Origin: Okamejei kenojei
Taxonomy: Eukaryota
Direction of reading: 5' to 3'
Assembly: GCA_035221665.1 (NCBI GenBank)
Contig: CM069147.1
Coordinates: 9,734,001 to 9,798,000 of the forward strand
DNA: 64,000 bases
This document shows, piece by piece, positions 24,946 through 38,096 of this stretch. The notes under the pieces are model-generated. The model was not told the origin of the DNA. It made no database searches and saw only the letters and a program-made list of their open reading frames with translations. Positions within the stretch are counted from its first letter, which is position 1; each line of letters opens with the position of its first letter. A program made the translations under genes and the position numbers.

Positions 24946-25224
24946 GACTCTATAAACCTGCATTGTTAATGCACACAGAAACCTACACTTTCTTGCTTTG
25001 TTAGATGCAGAGTTTAGGCAGAATATTGATGCCAGTTTTTACTTGACAATGGTTGCAGCATATCTGTGATTTCCAACTTGGCGAACACACAATGAAAAGA
25101 CAAATCAAGTTTAAGAGGTAGTTTAAACAAAGTCCCATGTACAATGTTAAAAATGTGTATATCATGTATATTGCACAATATGGATTTCACATAGCGTAAG
25201 AGAACTATGTGCCATATGCCACAG

Positions 25225-25600
25225 ATACACACAAAAAGCTGCAGTTACTCAGCCGGTCTGGTGACATCTCTGGAGAAAAGGAATAGGTGACCTTTCGGGT
25301 CGAGATCCTTCTTCAGAGTGAGAGTCAGGGGAAAGGGAAACGAGAGATATAGACGGTGATATCGAGAGATGTAGAACAAATGAAAGAAAGATGTGCAAAA
25401 AAATAATGATGATCAAGGAAATGGTCTAGTGTTGGCCGTGGGCTGGGTGAAAACGTGTTATATAGATGATGAAACTCACCAGGACGACAGTGAAACTAGT
25501 ACAAAGACTAGGGTGGGGGAGGAGACGGAGAGAGAAGGGGTGCAAGGGTTTCTTGAAGTTAGAGAATCAATATTCATATCTCTGGGTTGCAAGCTGCCCT
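25225..25600 (-). mobile_element. Penelope-like 3' region with hammerhead-type repeat
   Basis: Minus strand GSLQPRDMNIDSL; CTGAAGAAGGATCTCGACCCGAAAGGTCACC. Confidence 0.7.
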
Positions 25601-27714
25601 AGAGAAATTGGCTATATGCCAGGACAATTTGTAACGTTTGAGGAAATAAAACGTGAGCAAAATGACCAAACCTTGTATGAACAGGAGGAGGCACTAAAAA
25701 ACATTGAGGATACTAGGTGGCACAGTGGCGAGGTGGTAGAGCTGCTGCTTCACGGTGCCAGGGAGCCAGGTTCAATCTTGACTGTGGATGAGGAGTTTGT
25801 ACGTTCTCCCTGTGGCCGCATGGTTATCCTCCCAGTGACTGTAGCGATATAGCGCAGAAACAGTCCCTTCGGCCCACCGGGTCCGTGCTGACCAGCGATC
25901 ACCCCATGCACTGGCACTACCCTACACACGCCGGGGACAACTTACAAGTTGACCAAAGCCAATAAACCTGTAAAAACCGGACGTCTTTGGAACGTGGGAG
26001 GAAACCGGAGCACTCGGAAGAAACCCAAGCGGTCGCGGGGGGAATGTGCAAACTCCGTATGCTGCGGTTTCCACCACATTTCAAAGACGTGCAGCTTAAT
26101 TGGCTTCTGTAAATGGCCCCTAGTGTGTAGGGAGTGAATGAGAAGCTGGGAGAACAGGGAACCGGTGTACAGGTGATCGATGGTCGGCGTGGGCTGAAGG
26201 GCCTATTTCCACGCTGTATCTCCAATATTAAATAAAGGCCACACATCGAGGGAAGGGTGACTCTACTGTCAGCCAAGTGATTGCTGTAATATGAATGGAA
26301 CTTTCACTAATTGAATCAGACATAGTGAATTGGGCAATTTTATTGCCACAGGATGACACAGCTGTCACCGAATTCTCAGCTTACAAATTCCTGTGCCATT
26401 TTAGTCCAGCCATGAGATCAAGCATGATGTCTTACTAACTCAGTAATAAGAAGATAGAGAGAGTTAGATAGAGCTCTAGGGGCTAGTGGAATCAAGGGAT
26501 ATGGGGAGAAGGCAGGCACGGGTTATTGATTGGGGGCGATCAGCTGGCGGTGCAGGCTCGAAGGGTCGAATGGCCTCCTCCTGCACCTATTTTCTATGTT
26601 TCTATGTCAGACTTGTGTGCAACCAGCATCATTGAGATTTCTCCTGGTTCCATAGAGCTGAAATTTCCATGCAACAATCTTATTTTTCTATAATCAATGC
26701 TTAGGTGCAAGTCCAACATTAAGTACGTGATACACAAAGTGCTGGAGTAACTCAACGGGTCAGGCAGCATCTGTGAAAGGAATGGAAAGAGTGATACAGT
26801 GTGGAAACAGGCCCTTCGACCCAACTTGCCCAACCTAGCTACACGTCCCAGCTACACTAGTCCCACCTGCCTGCGCTTGGTCCATAGTCCTCCAAACCTG
26901 TTCCATGCATGTACCTGCTTAACTGTTTCTTAAACGTTGGGATATTCCCATCCTCAACTACTGTACCGCCTCTGGCACCTTGTTCCATACACCCACCACC
27001 CTTTGTGTGAACAGGTTACCCCTCAGATTCCTATTAAATCTTTTCCCCTTCATAGGATAAGGTGATGTTTCAGGTTGGGAGCCTGAAGAGTCGTCCCAAC
27101 CCAAAACAGCGCCTCTCCGTAGGTTCCTTCTACAAATGCTGCCTAACCAGCTGAGTGACTCCAGCATTTTGTGTCAGCACAAAGTGATGGACTGATTATC
27201 GCGTAGCCAAAGTGAAATCTATCGGGTAAGATTGATCTTGACGTGCCTCAAGAGGTGATAGCAACATAAACTAGAGAGCCTGAACTAACCTTTGTACACA
27301 TTTGATCATGAACTTCTCCTTAAGGTATTGGCAAGTGTTAGCTTTTGAATAGTCACGCACTGATTTATTAATTCACGTCACCTGTTAGCAACGCTGTCAA
27401 GGTTTAGCCACAAGTAAACAGTCTTCCTTTGTTTTAACTGACAACTTTCTTTTAATATTAGAGGCTAGTGGAGTCAATGGATATGGGGAGAAGGCAGGCA
27501 CGGGTTATTGATAGGGGACGATCAGCCATGATCACAATGAATAGCGGTGCTGGCTCGAAGGGCCGAATGGCCTCCTCCTGCACCTATTTTCTATGTTTCC
27601 ATTACAAATGTTGCGAGCTTTGAAAACAATCTAAGGCACTCCCTTGTGCCTTCCCTGATTTCTGATGCAACGACACTCCAAAGACTTCATTGGCAATAAT
27701 TGATTAGTTGATAT

Positions 27715-28041
27715 CTAGTTGAGTTTTGTTTAGAGATACAGCGTGGAAACAGACCCCTTCGGCCCACCGAGTGCGCACCTACCAGAGATCACCCTTACAC
27801 TCGTTTAGTTCACTACCCTACACACACACACGGACAATTTACAGAAGCCAATTAACCTACACACCTGCACGTCTTTGGAGGTGTGGGAGGAAACCGGAGC
27901 ACCCGGAGAAAACCCACGCAGGTCACGGGGAGAAGGTACAAACTCCCTACAGACAGCACCGGTGGTCAGGGTCGAACCTGGGTCTCTGGCGCTGTAAGCG
28001 CTGTAAGGCAGCAACTCTACCGTTGCGCCATCGCGCCGCCC
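27715..28041 (-). mobile_element. HE1-like V-SINE
   Basis: Full head, core and tail on the minus strand. Confidence 0.9.
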
Positions 28042-28353
28042 TAATTGAACATGATTCAGTTTCTCAGTATGTAAAAACAAAGAGAGAGAACAAAAAATCA
28101 GAAGTCATCTGTTGACATTTTGGTCGGAACCAATGACACTGTGTGTGTTTGCCCTGCTGTTTTGATTGTGGGCAGTGAGAGGATAATTAGTCATGACTTA
28201 GAAAGGCAATGGGGTAGAGTCTGCTCTAGGCTGTCCCCTGTGGTCAGATCTCCCTTCATGAATAGAAAAAAATCATCAAATAGAAATCATTAAATGGACC
28301 AGATGGGATTTTATGTTTTCATGGCATTCTGAGTGCCCAGAGATGATAAGGTC

Positions 28354-28387
<34 letters not shown>

Positions 28388-28984
28388 GAGAAAAGCTTTC
28401 TGATGAAATGCAGAAATGCGGAGCAGACTGGGAAATAGTTCATCCTCAGCGAATGACTGACGAATTCCTAAAGAACTGGTTTACGGGCAGAATTTTTTTT
28501 CTGGTTGAAGTTGCACGAATGATACCTGATGACGTTGGGACTATCCGAGTCTGAAGAAGGGTCATGACCCAAAATGTCAACCATTCCTTCTCTCCAGAGA
28601 TGCTGCCAGTCCCGCTGAGTTACCCCAGCTTTATTTGTCTATCTTGATCAGACGTTGCTGGATTTAACCTCGCACGAAACGCTACTTCCTTATCATGTAT
28701 CTGCACACTGCAAATGGCTCAATTGTAATCAAGTGTTGTCTGTCAGCTGATTGGTTACCAGGCAACAAAAGCTTTTCACTGTACCTCGGTACACGTGACA
28801 ATAATACACTGAACTAAACTAATGATTGCTTTATCCGGTTCGGCAGGACAATTTCAGGTTGATAGGAAAATTTTAGGGACAGCATGGTGTGGAAGATGGG
28901 AGTAGAGGGAACGGAGGTGACACCTTACTTAAGCCAGCTGTGGAGACGGCAGTGTTTAATTCTGTCTCCACCCCTTCTCACACG

Positions 28985-29208
28985 TCTCCAATTTCCGGTA
29001 GCCCTTGCTATCTCCTCCCCTTCTCAGCGCCAGAGTGAGCACCACTGGATATTGGAGGAGCAGCACCTCATATTCCGCTTGGCAGTCTGCACCCTAGTGG
29101 CATAAACATTGACTTCTCCAATTTCCGGTAGCCCTTGCTGTCTCCTCCCCTGCTCAGCTCTCCCTCAGCCCTCGTGCTCCTACTCTTCCTTTCTCCTTTA
29201 TTCTGCCC

Positions 29209-29240
<32 letters not shown>

Positions 29241-29345
29241 CCCTACATCAGTCTGAAGAAGGGTTTTGTCCTGAAACGTTGCCTATTTCCTTCGCTCCAT
29301 AGATGCTGCTGCACCCGCTGAGTTTCTCCAGCACTTTTGTCTAAC
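28985..29345 (+). mobile_element. Penelope-like 3' end (second subfamily) with partial tandem terminal repeat
   Basis: LEEQHLIFRL; TCTCCAATTTCCGGTAGCCCTTGCT at ~28986 and ~29115; CTGAAGA (29253)...GAAACGTT. Confidence 0.8.
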
Positions 29346-29349
29346 TTTA

Positions 29350-29690
29350 GTTTGGTGCTTGTTTAGTTTGGCGATAGTTTTGTTTAGTCCATAGAGGTAC
29401 AGTGCGGACATGTCTTCCCTTTTGGCCACTGGGTCCGTGCCGATCAGCGATCACACCGCACATTACCTACAGGTGCCACATGTGCTAGCTGGACAATTTT
29501 TTTACATTTACCAATGTCCATTTACCTACATACCTGTACGTCTTTGGAATGTGGGAGGAAACCAAAGATCTCGCAGAAAACCCACGCAGGTCACGGACAG
29601 AACGTACAACATACACACAGCACCCGTGGTCGGGATCGAACCCGGGTCTCCAGTGTTGCAATCGCTGTAAGGCACCAACTCTACCGCTGC
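29350..29690 (-). mobile_element. HE1-like V-SINE
   Basis: B box and V core on the minus strand. Confidence 0.8.
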
Positions 29691-30425
29691 CCGAGTGAGG
29701 CCCGAGTGAGGGAGCAATAACATAATAGATGGAGATTATCACAGGTCTGTGGAGGCACAGGAGAGCGCATTGGACTAATGCACGTGGTAAAGGATAAGCC
29801 AAGCTTTCTGTTCTCAGTTTTTGATAGGATTATTGGCATGCCTTCGTTCCAAAGCTAAATGGCAAGAACAGCGCTTTAGTCAGACAAAAGCTTGCCATAA
29901 CATTGTGCTCTGTGCCAACAGTAGCATAAGCTGCGAAAGACTCACTCCAGCTACTTCAAGATGCCTTGTAACATTTATGAATGGCTGTCGCTCCGAGTCT
30001 TGCTGCATGTCTGAGTAAAGAACAGGGGGGGGGGGGGGGGGGGGGTTGAAAATTGCCTCGAGTGCTTTGGACTGAAAAATAATGAAGGATTACAAACAGC
30101 TTTGTAAGTTGGCCAGCGAGGAGCTAGCACAAATTTGTCCATCAGTGGTGCAGCTGGTGAAGCTGCTGCCTCACGGTGGAGAGACACAGAGTGCTGGAGT
30201 GACTCAGCGGGTCAGGCAGCATCTCTGGTGATGTAGGATGGCCGACGTTTCCGGTCGGGACCCTTCAACGTGATTCTGACCTTGGGCGCTCTCTGTGTGG
30301 CTCCATCATCTGGATTCCCTGCAGCCTCCTGGGAGGCCCAGGGAGAGCACGGAAACCCCACACAGAGAGCACCTGAGGTCAGAAACTACCCGCTGCGTTA
30401 CCCGAGAGAGCACCCGCTGCACTAC

Positions 30426-30805
30426 AATAGACAATAGACAATAGGTGCAGGAGTAGGCCATTCGGCCAATCGAGCCAGCACCGCCATTCAATGTGATCAC
30501 GGCTGATCATCCCCAACCAGTACCCTGTTCCTGCCTTCTCTCCATATCCCTTGACTCTGCTATTTTTAAGCGCCCTATCTCGCTCTCTCTTGAAAGCATC
30601 CAGAGAACCTGCCTCCACCGCCCTCTGAGGCAGAGAATTCCACAGACTCACCGCTCTCTGTGAGAAAAAATGTTTCCTCGTCTCCGTTCTAAATGGCTTA
30701 CTCCTTATTCTTCAACTGTGGCCCCTGGTTCTGGACTCCCCCAACATCGGGAACATGTTTCCTGCCTCTAGTGTGTCCAAGCCCTTAACAATCTTATACG
30801 TTTCA
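30426..30805 (-). mobile_element. CR1 LINE 3' fragment
   Basis: SLWNSLPQRAVEAGSLDAFKRE; (TATTGTC)n tail. Confidence 0.9.
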
Positions 30806-31419
30806 AATGTTACTGTGCCGCCACTTCTATCAAACCCATCTTAAATCGCCAATACCACTTGCTTTGAGGGAAAATCTCATCCGTATGTGACCGCTAATCA
30901 ACAGTCCATAAATGATGGAGGAGTTAACTAAGACTGAGAAAAGCTGCCAACGGACAAACTGAATTGATTGAACGATCATGATCCCCTTCATCCATTAACA
31001 GTATTTGACAAATCAATTATACAAATATAGAATGACTGGACTTTTGTTAGCAGTATTAAACAGTCATCGAGTCTGCACTGCTTACAGAATATAATTGTGA
31101 GGCTACTTTGGTGAAGATGCCTCTGCTGAAACTGTGATGACTGTTCAATCATAGCTAACAGAGCAATCAATAGATTGTATCGCAGTTAAATAATTGGTGA
31201 ATGTTCTATTAAATAATCTGAGAAAACCCTTTGCACAAAGGCCTCAGGGGCTCCATGATCTCTTTGTATGGATCTAGGGTAGACAATAATGCTGGATAAA
31301 CTCTGCGGGTGAGGCAGCATCTATGGAGAGAGGGCATAGGCGACGTTTCGGGTCGAGAGCCTCCTTCAGACTTTGTATGGATCTGGTCAGTCAGCAAGAT
31401 ACTAGCTACATTAGCGTAG

Positions 31420-32165
31420 CCACAGCCAGGTGATGCAGACACTTTAACTCCCCCTCACATTCCCACATTGACCTTTCCGTCCTGGGCCTTCTCCATTGTC
31501 AGAGTGGGGCCAATCGCCAATTGGAGGAACAGCACCTCATATTACGCTTGTGTGGCTTACACCCCAGCGGTATGAATATTGAATAGGAAGAAACTGCAGA
31601 TGCTGGTTCAAATCGAAGGTAGACACAAAATGCTGGTGTAACTCAGCGGGACAGGCAGCATCTCTGGAGAGAAGGAATGAGTGACGTTTCCGGTCGAGAA
31701 GAAGTGTCTCGACCCGAAACGTCACCCCTTCCTTCTCCCCAGAGATGCTGCCTGTCCCGCTGAGTTACTCCAGCGTTTTGTGTCCACCTTCGGCATTAAT
31801 ATTGACTTCTCTATCTTCAAGTAACTTTTGTTTTCCCTCTCTCTCCATCCCTCCCCTTCCCAGTTCTCCAACCAGTCTGACTGTCCCCGATTACATTTTA
31901 TCAGTTGTCACCTTCTCCTAGCTAACAATGATCTATTCTACATGTTCCATGATCTCCACCCCCTTTGATGTCTTGTTTTCACACCTACCACTTCCTTATC
32001 TCTGTATCTCCCCCTTCCCTCTCCCCCGGCTCTCAGTCTGAAGAAGGGCCTCGACCCAAAACATCACCCATTCCTTCTATCCAGAGCTGCTGCCTGTCCT
32101 GCTGAATTACTCCGGCATTTTGTGTCTACCTTCGGTTCAAACCAGCATCTGCAGTTCTTCCTACA
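31420..32165 (+). mobile_element. Penelope-like 3' end (GIY-YIG C-terminus + terminal repeat), interrupted at 31583-31797
   Basis: HFNSPSHSHIDLSVLGLLHCQSGANRQLEEQHLILRLCGLHPSGMNI; hammerhead-type repeat at ~32038. Confidence 0.85.
31583..31797. mobile_element. Inverted dimer of the Penelope terminal repeat with TSD
   Basis: AATATTGA at 31575-31582 and 31798-31805; arms GACACAAAATGCTGG... / ...CCAGCGTTTTGTGTC. Confidence 0.8.
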
Positions 32166-33915
32166 CAAGTGATATTATGATCTTACTTTGCAAATTACTA
32201 TCCAAGAATATAAAAAGCTGACAATTTAACATATGCTTCCAACATTTATTTGAGCAGAAGGCGATGATTACATGAGTTCTGCTTCATGGAGGAAATGCTG
32301 AATTTTACTGACATGACTGCCTTAATCTTCCTTCAGGTTTTGAAAGATACATAACCTTTTTGTTCGCTAGCTATCTAGGAATTTTAAATTAAAAAAAAAA
32401 CATTTGAAATAGACACTTAATAGAATATATGCTCAAGTTTATTCAAGTAAGCCCGAGGTTATGTATATTTGATGCAAAGAAGGGACATTTCCCTCCTGAT
32501 TCCTCTTCAGAAAGAAGTTTTAGGTGGCAAAGGTGCAGAATCATCGTGCAAAATTTATTACATTTACATTAACAATACTGCACGGTGAATATTTTCTGAA
32601 TATCTAACAGAGTTTTAAAAAAGACATAAAATGAACGTTAAATGGAGTGGGTTGGATTCCATTGTTATTGATGTAACAAAGATTAGAATCTGAAGCTCAC
32701 AATGAGAATGGACACAAACTGCTGGAGTAACTCAGCCGGACAGGCAGCATGTCTGGAGAGAAGGAATGGGTGACGTTTCGGGACAAGACCCTTCTTCAGA
32801 CAGAGCTGAGGAAGAGTGAGTTTCTGTTCCGGCTTGTCCACGAAAAAGCAGGCAGACCTCCTCGCTCCTCCTCCGTGCGTTCAGTAGGGTTTAGAGATGC
32901 AGCATGGAAACAGGCCTTTCAGCCCAGCGAGTCCAGGCCAACCATCCATCTCCTGTTCACGTTAGTTCTTGGTTATCCCACTTCTAGTGTGACGGCACAG
33001 CGGCGCAGCAGGTAGAGCTGCTGTCGCACAGCACAAAAGCCCCAGGATCGATCCTGACCTCGGGTGCAGTCTGTGTGGTGTTTGCACGTCCGGCCTGTGA
33101 CCATGAGGGTTTCCTTCGGGTGCTCCCATTTCCTCCCATAACCCAAAGACGTACAAGATTGGCCCTCTGTAAATTGCCCCTAGTGTGTAGGGAGTGGGTG
33201 TGAAAGTGGGATAACACAGATTTAGTGCGAATGGGTGGTGGGTTGTCTGAAGGGCCTGTGTTGCACACTGTATCCCTCAACTAGACTAAACATACAAACA
33301 CTGTGTAACACCTCACGTACATGCAGCCTGAAGGACTCCAGCCAGTGCATGTTTTTGAGCGTATTGTGTTGCGAGTTGCAGCCTATTTAATTTGATGCAT
33401 TTTGCATGTTTCGGATGAAAAAAAACTTAAAAAACAGGTAGAAAAAATTGGAAACACTTTTAGAATGGCAAATCCTAATGCCATTTATGTTCAGCTGATC
33501 TGGAAACAGTCGATATGTTCTGGCAACATTAATCTCTGTTGGAATGTTTATAAGGTTGGTGTTCGATTAGATCTGCTCAGAGTTGGGTCTGGATGCCAAA
33601 GATTCTCCTCTGGGTTAAGCCATGTCATTCACAATAGCAGTTTCTAACAATATGTCAATAAAACACATAGCATATTCTATTCTTTTAAAAAAAAATGTGT
33701 GCAGGGGAAAAAAAAAATATCTGAACTTCTCATTTCTTTTCCCTTCGTTGTTTTATCTTTGCGTGAGGAATAAATAATTTATTTGTCTCTGTCTGCTTTT
33801 CTGGGAAATGTGTTCTGTCCACCAAGACTTGCTTTACTTTGTGATTTATTATTTAATAATTTGCAGGGATTTGCTGTTGTAAGGCATGTGCTGTGACTGG
33901 TTGCAGAACACTTAC

Positions 33916-34119
33916 CATACGGTGCAGTTCACTGGCCTTTATGCTCCCCTCTCCGAACAGAAGCAGTTATTGATTTTCCACAACAACAGAAAATGCAGCG
34001 TGCTCCCACGGACGATCTCTGTTCTTGCTCGGATTGCTGTTATGGCAAAATAAAGAGTTACGGGTGCATGCTTGGAAGCCACACTGATCGACTCGCATGA
34101 GGAGGATGATGATGAGGGA
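33916..34119 (-). other. Candidate host-gene 5'UTR exon ending in ATG
   Basis: Minus strand T-tract-GCCCAG| acceptor at 34120-34121 and ATG|GTAAGT donor at 33914-33915; stops in all three frames; lies in a ~1.4-kb repeat-free island. Confidence 0.35.
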
Positions 34120-34869
34120 CTGGGCAAAAAAAAAAAAAATCAATCTTCAAAATAACGTAGACAGAAATGTGAGAATCTTCTTCCTATACGAATACTTTTT
34201 TTGTTGCTCCCATACAAAATGAATGGCTCTTTAAAGAAAACTGGTTATTTTTAATAATGATGATCTTGCCAAATGTGGTATTCCTAATCTGCAAAGCGGG
34301 AGATTCGGTGTGTTAAAAGCAGCGCCAGAGCTGGCAGGCTCCTCCTTCAGCATTGAGCAACATATAGATCTTCAGTAAATATAGATCTAGACGCATACAA
34401 AAAAAATAGCATTAGCTACAGAACATTAAGCACTTCATTATGTACGGAGATTCCTCTCGAGCTAGAATAAAACAAAACACCAATGTGGCATCAATCCTAA
34501 GGGAATGTATTTTTTGTTTGAAGATTAGCATGACTATGAGCTGTTTTGTGAAACATAGATGTTCTCCGTTTGGAAAAATAAAGTATTTTAAAATGATGAG
34601 AAAATGAGCTACTGGGTACTGATAGTTAAACACTTTCTTTAAATTAAAATTTGGCATTATTGAATGAATTAAGAGTTTTGAGAACCCCCGAAACTCCTTT
34701 CTTGATTGATTTTATTAGTTTGTTTTTCAAGAGTCAACAGAGACATGTACTGAAATGGAACAATTAAATTCTTACTTGCAGCAGCATCAATAGTCATCAG
34801 TCAAGAGTGTTTTATTGTCATAACTCGGTACACGTGACAATAAACTGAACCAAACTAAACTAAACTAAA

Positions 34870-35060
34870 GATAGGCACAAAATGCTGGAGTAACTCAGCG
34901 GGACAGGTAGCATCTCTGGAGGGAAGGAATGGGTGACTTCAGACTGAAGAAGGGTCTTGACCCGAAACGTCACCCATTCCTTCTCTCCAGAGATGCTGCC
35001 TGTCCCGCTGAGTTACTCCAACATTTTGTGCCTATCTTCAGTTTAAACCAGCAGTTGCTT
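34870..35060. mobile_element. Inverted dimer of the Penelope terminal repeat; intact hammerhead core at 34944-34971 (+)
   Basis: CTGAAGA A GGGTC-TT-GACCC GAAAC GTC; arms GATAGGCACAAAATG / CATTTTGTGCCTATC. Confidence 0.8.
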
Positions 35061-35744
35061 CCTAAACTAAACTAAGTTAAACTAAACTATGTCCTCAGCT
35101 TTAATATGAACATGAACTTCTATTTACCCACACTCTATGGAATGCCCTGCGACCGTTTGGTAAGATCCTGGTGCAATGGGGGGCAAGACACTCACAGGTC
35201 TATGAAGGTAGAAGCCTACTCCACTCACCATTGACTCTCCTGCCCTTGCTCCAACCTCCTTGTGCAGCAAAACAATCTGGATTTGGACTCCAGCAAAATC
35301 TCCCAGAGATACATTCACCATTTTCTTTTGTCAAGCAGAAACACACTAATTTGGCCTTTCATGTCAATGCACAGCGAGGGAGATAGGCCCATCAAAGAAC
35401 ATCAGAGGAATATGACTGAACTTTGGTGCCTTTCCTCACAATGGAAAACGTTGATTCTGCTGTGTGGGGATGTTTTATGTTGGAGTCCATCGTGTGTTGT
35501 GTTCTTTTTTTATTCGTATGGCTGTATGGTGACCACACATTTCACTGTCCTAATTGGTACATGTGACAAATAAATGTATCTTGTATCTTGTATTTTGTAG
35601 GGACCAAATGCGGGCAAATGGGACTAGCATAGATGGAGCATCTTGGTTGGTATGAATGAGTCGAGCCATAGGGCCTATTTCCATGCCATATGTCTACATG
35701 ATTCCATAATTCTATTTCCCAATACAGATAAATTGTTTTGTTCA

Positions 35745-36200
35745 TAAGTTCTTAAGTTATAGGAGCAGAATTAGGCCATTCGGCCCATCAAGTCAACTCC
35801 GCCATTTAATCATGGCTGATCTATCTTTCCCTCTCAATCCCATTCTCCTGGCTTCTCCCCATAACCCCTGACACCCGTACTAATCAAGAATCTGTCTATC
35901 TCTGCCTTACAAATATCTATCGACTTGACCTACACAACCTTCTGTGGCAATGAATTCCACAGATTCACCACCTTCTGACCAAATAAATTCTTCCTCATCT
36001 CCTTTCTAAAGATACGTCCTTTTATTCTGAGGCTTTGGCCTCTGGTCCTAAACTCTCCCACTAGTGGAACCATCCTCTCCACATCCACTCTATCCAGGCC
36101 TTTCACTGTTCGGTAAGTTTCAATTAAGTCCCCCTCTCATCCTTCTAAACTCCAGCGAGCAGAGGCCCAGTGCCTTCAATCACTCATCATATGTTTACCC
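35745..36200 (-). mobile_element. CR1 LINE 3' fragment
   Basis: Same family as 6295-6735, alignable by eye over ~450 bp. Confidence 0.85.
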
Positions 36201-36424
36201 ACATTTTCCCACGTTTACCCACTTTAGCCACATTTTGTAAGTGGTGGGGTACACACCTTTAAACATTTTCTCCTCATGTAACCTCAGCCTCTAGCCAGCA
36301 CTCAAGCCCTGAGAAGCAAGATGTACAGGTAGACCTCTTCAGATGTGAACACCTGGACCACAAGGAACGTCTTTGAATTCCCACCCGCCGCCAACTGGAC
36401 AACTCACATGGACCCAGCTCATGG

Positions 36425-36712
36425 ACTTTAGCGATACGGCCGGAACAGGCCCTTTGGCCCACCGAGACCTCGCCGGCCAACGATCGCCCCGTACACTAGT
36501 TCTATCTTGCGCACACTAGGGACGATTTACAGAAGCCAATTAACCTACGTCTGTACGTCTTCGGAGTGTGGGAGGAAACCGGAGCACCCGGAGAAAACCC
36601 ACGCGGTCATAGGGAGAACGTACAAACTCCGTACAGACAGCACCGGTAGTCAGGATCGAACCGGGGTCTCTGGCGCTGTGAGGCAGCAACTCTACCGCTG
36701 CGTCACTGGGCA
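36425..36712 (-). mobile_element. HE1-like V-SINE
   Basis: B box, V core, tail. Confidence 0.85.
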
Positions 36713-37679
36713 GCCCCTCATCCGCCACGCTTTTCACTTTTGTACAAAATTCTCAACAGAGGCGGCACGGTGGCGCAGCGGAAGAGTTGCGACCTCGCAT
36801 TCATCTCAACTTTTAACATTTTGCCCGGTCATATAAGTTCATAATATTTCCATTTGTGATTTTTTTTTCGGAAGGTTTTTATTGTGAAGAGTATAGGCAA
36901 AGTGTTTTAAGACATAAGATCCGGACTAACACGTTTACTGTGCCTGAATCATTGCGCCACTGCAAGGAATTGTTGGTTGAATCCGTCCAAATATGAACAA
37001 TTTAGCTTTGCACTTATTCTCTAAGTACAAAGAAATTGTAGAGTTTGATTTATTTTTCAAGCAGAAACACAGCAATTTGGCTTTCAGGTCAATACAGCAT
37101 CATTTCAAAGTGTGCAAAATTGAATTATTCACCTGGGAGATATATTAAGCACTCGATCTAAAAATGCCTCTATTCATTGGAGATTTGGAAAGAGGGGCAA
37201 GCTATTACCAAAAGCCTCATGTCACAGATAAATATTTCAATGTAAATAAATAAGGAATGCGTACCGTTTTTCCTTTGAATGGCTTTTCACAGTTCAGTAC
37301 ACACAATAGTTCTGGCCTCACATGTCCTCTGCTCCTGTCCAAACTTCCAACTCCCCAGTGGTTTGCTGGTCTAAAGAACAAACAGGTAGCAGAGAGCTTT
37401 CAATTTGCAGATACAAAGAATTCAATTAATCAGGCCTGTTTGAAAATAAAATTGTAAAATCATCCTTTGTTGTATTCGGAGATGTTTTTGTGTATTGTGA
37501 GCAAGTAAAGGTCTCTGATTGTCGTTGTAGATTAAATTGTGCCACATTAAATGACCTTCGTTTAAAAAGACAGAACATAGTCCTTCCACACACTGCACGA
37601 CCATACTCCAGAATGGGATCTCAGCGGTCGATGCACTTTATTGCCATTTAATGCAGCTGAAAAAATAATTTGAACAGTT

Positions 37680-37957
37680 TTAAGGTGAGGGGGAAAAGAT
37701 TTAATAGGAATCTGAAGGGTAACTTTTTCACACAAAGGGTGGTGGGTGTGTGGGACGAGCTGCCAGAGGAGGTAGTTGAGGCTGGGAATATCTCAACATT
37801 TAAGTAACAGTTAGACGGGTACATGGATAGGACAGGTTTGGAGGTATATGGACCAAATGCGGGCAGGTGGGACTAGTGTAGCTGGGACATGTTGGCCAGT
37901 GTGGGCAAGGTTGGGCCGAAGGGTCTGTTTCCATGCTGTATCACTCTATGACTCTAT
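37680..37957 (+). mobile_element. CR1 LINE 3' fragment
   Basis: NFFTQRVVGVW motif; tail (ACTCTATG)n. Confidence 0.85.
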
Positions 37958-38096
37958 GCATCTACAGTTTTTGTTCGTATTGGTCAATGTGTAGAGGTTG
38001 GTACCTCACGCTGCCTCGGCAAGGCCGGCAGCGTAATCAAGGACGTGTGGCGCTCTGATGCAGCGTGAAGTGTAGATGGAGTCAATGGAAGGGAGG

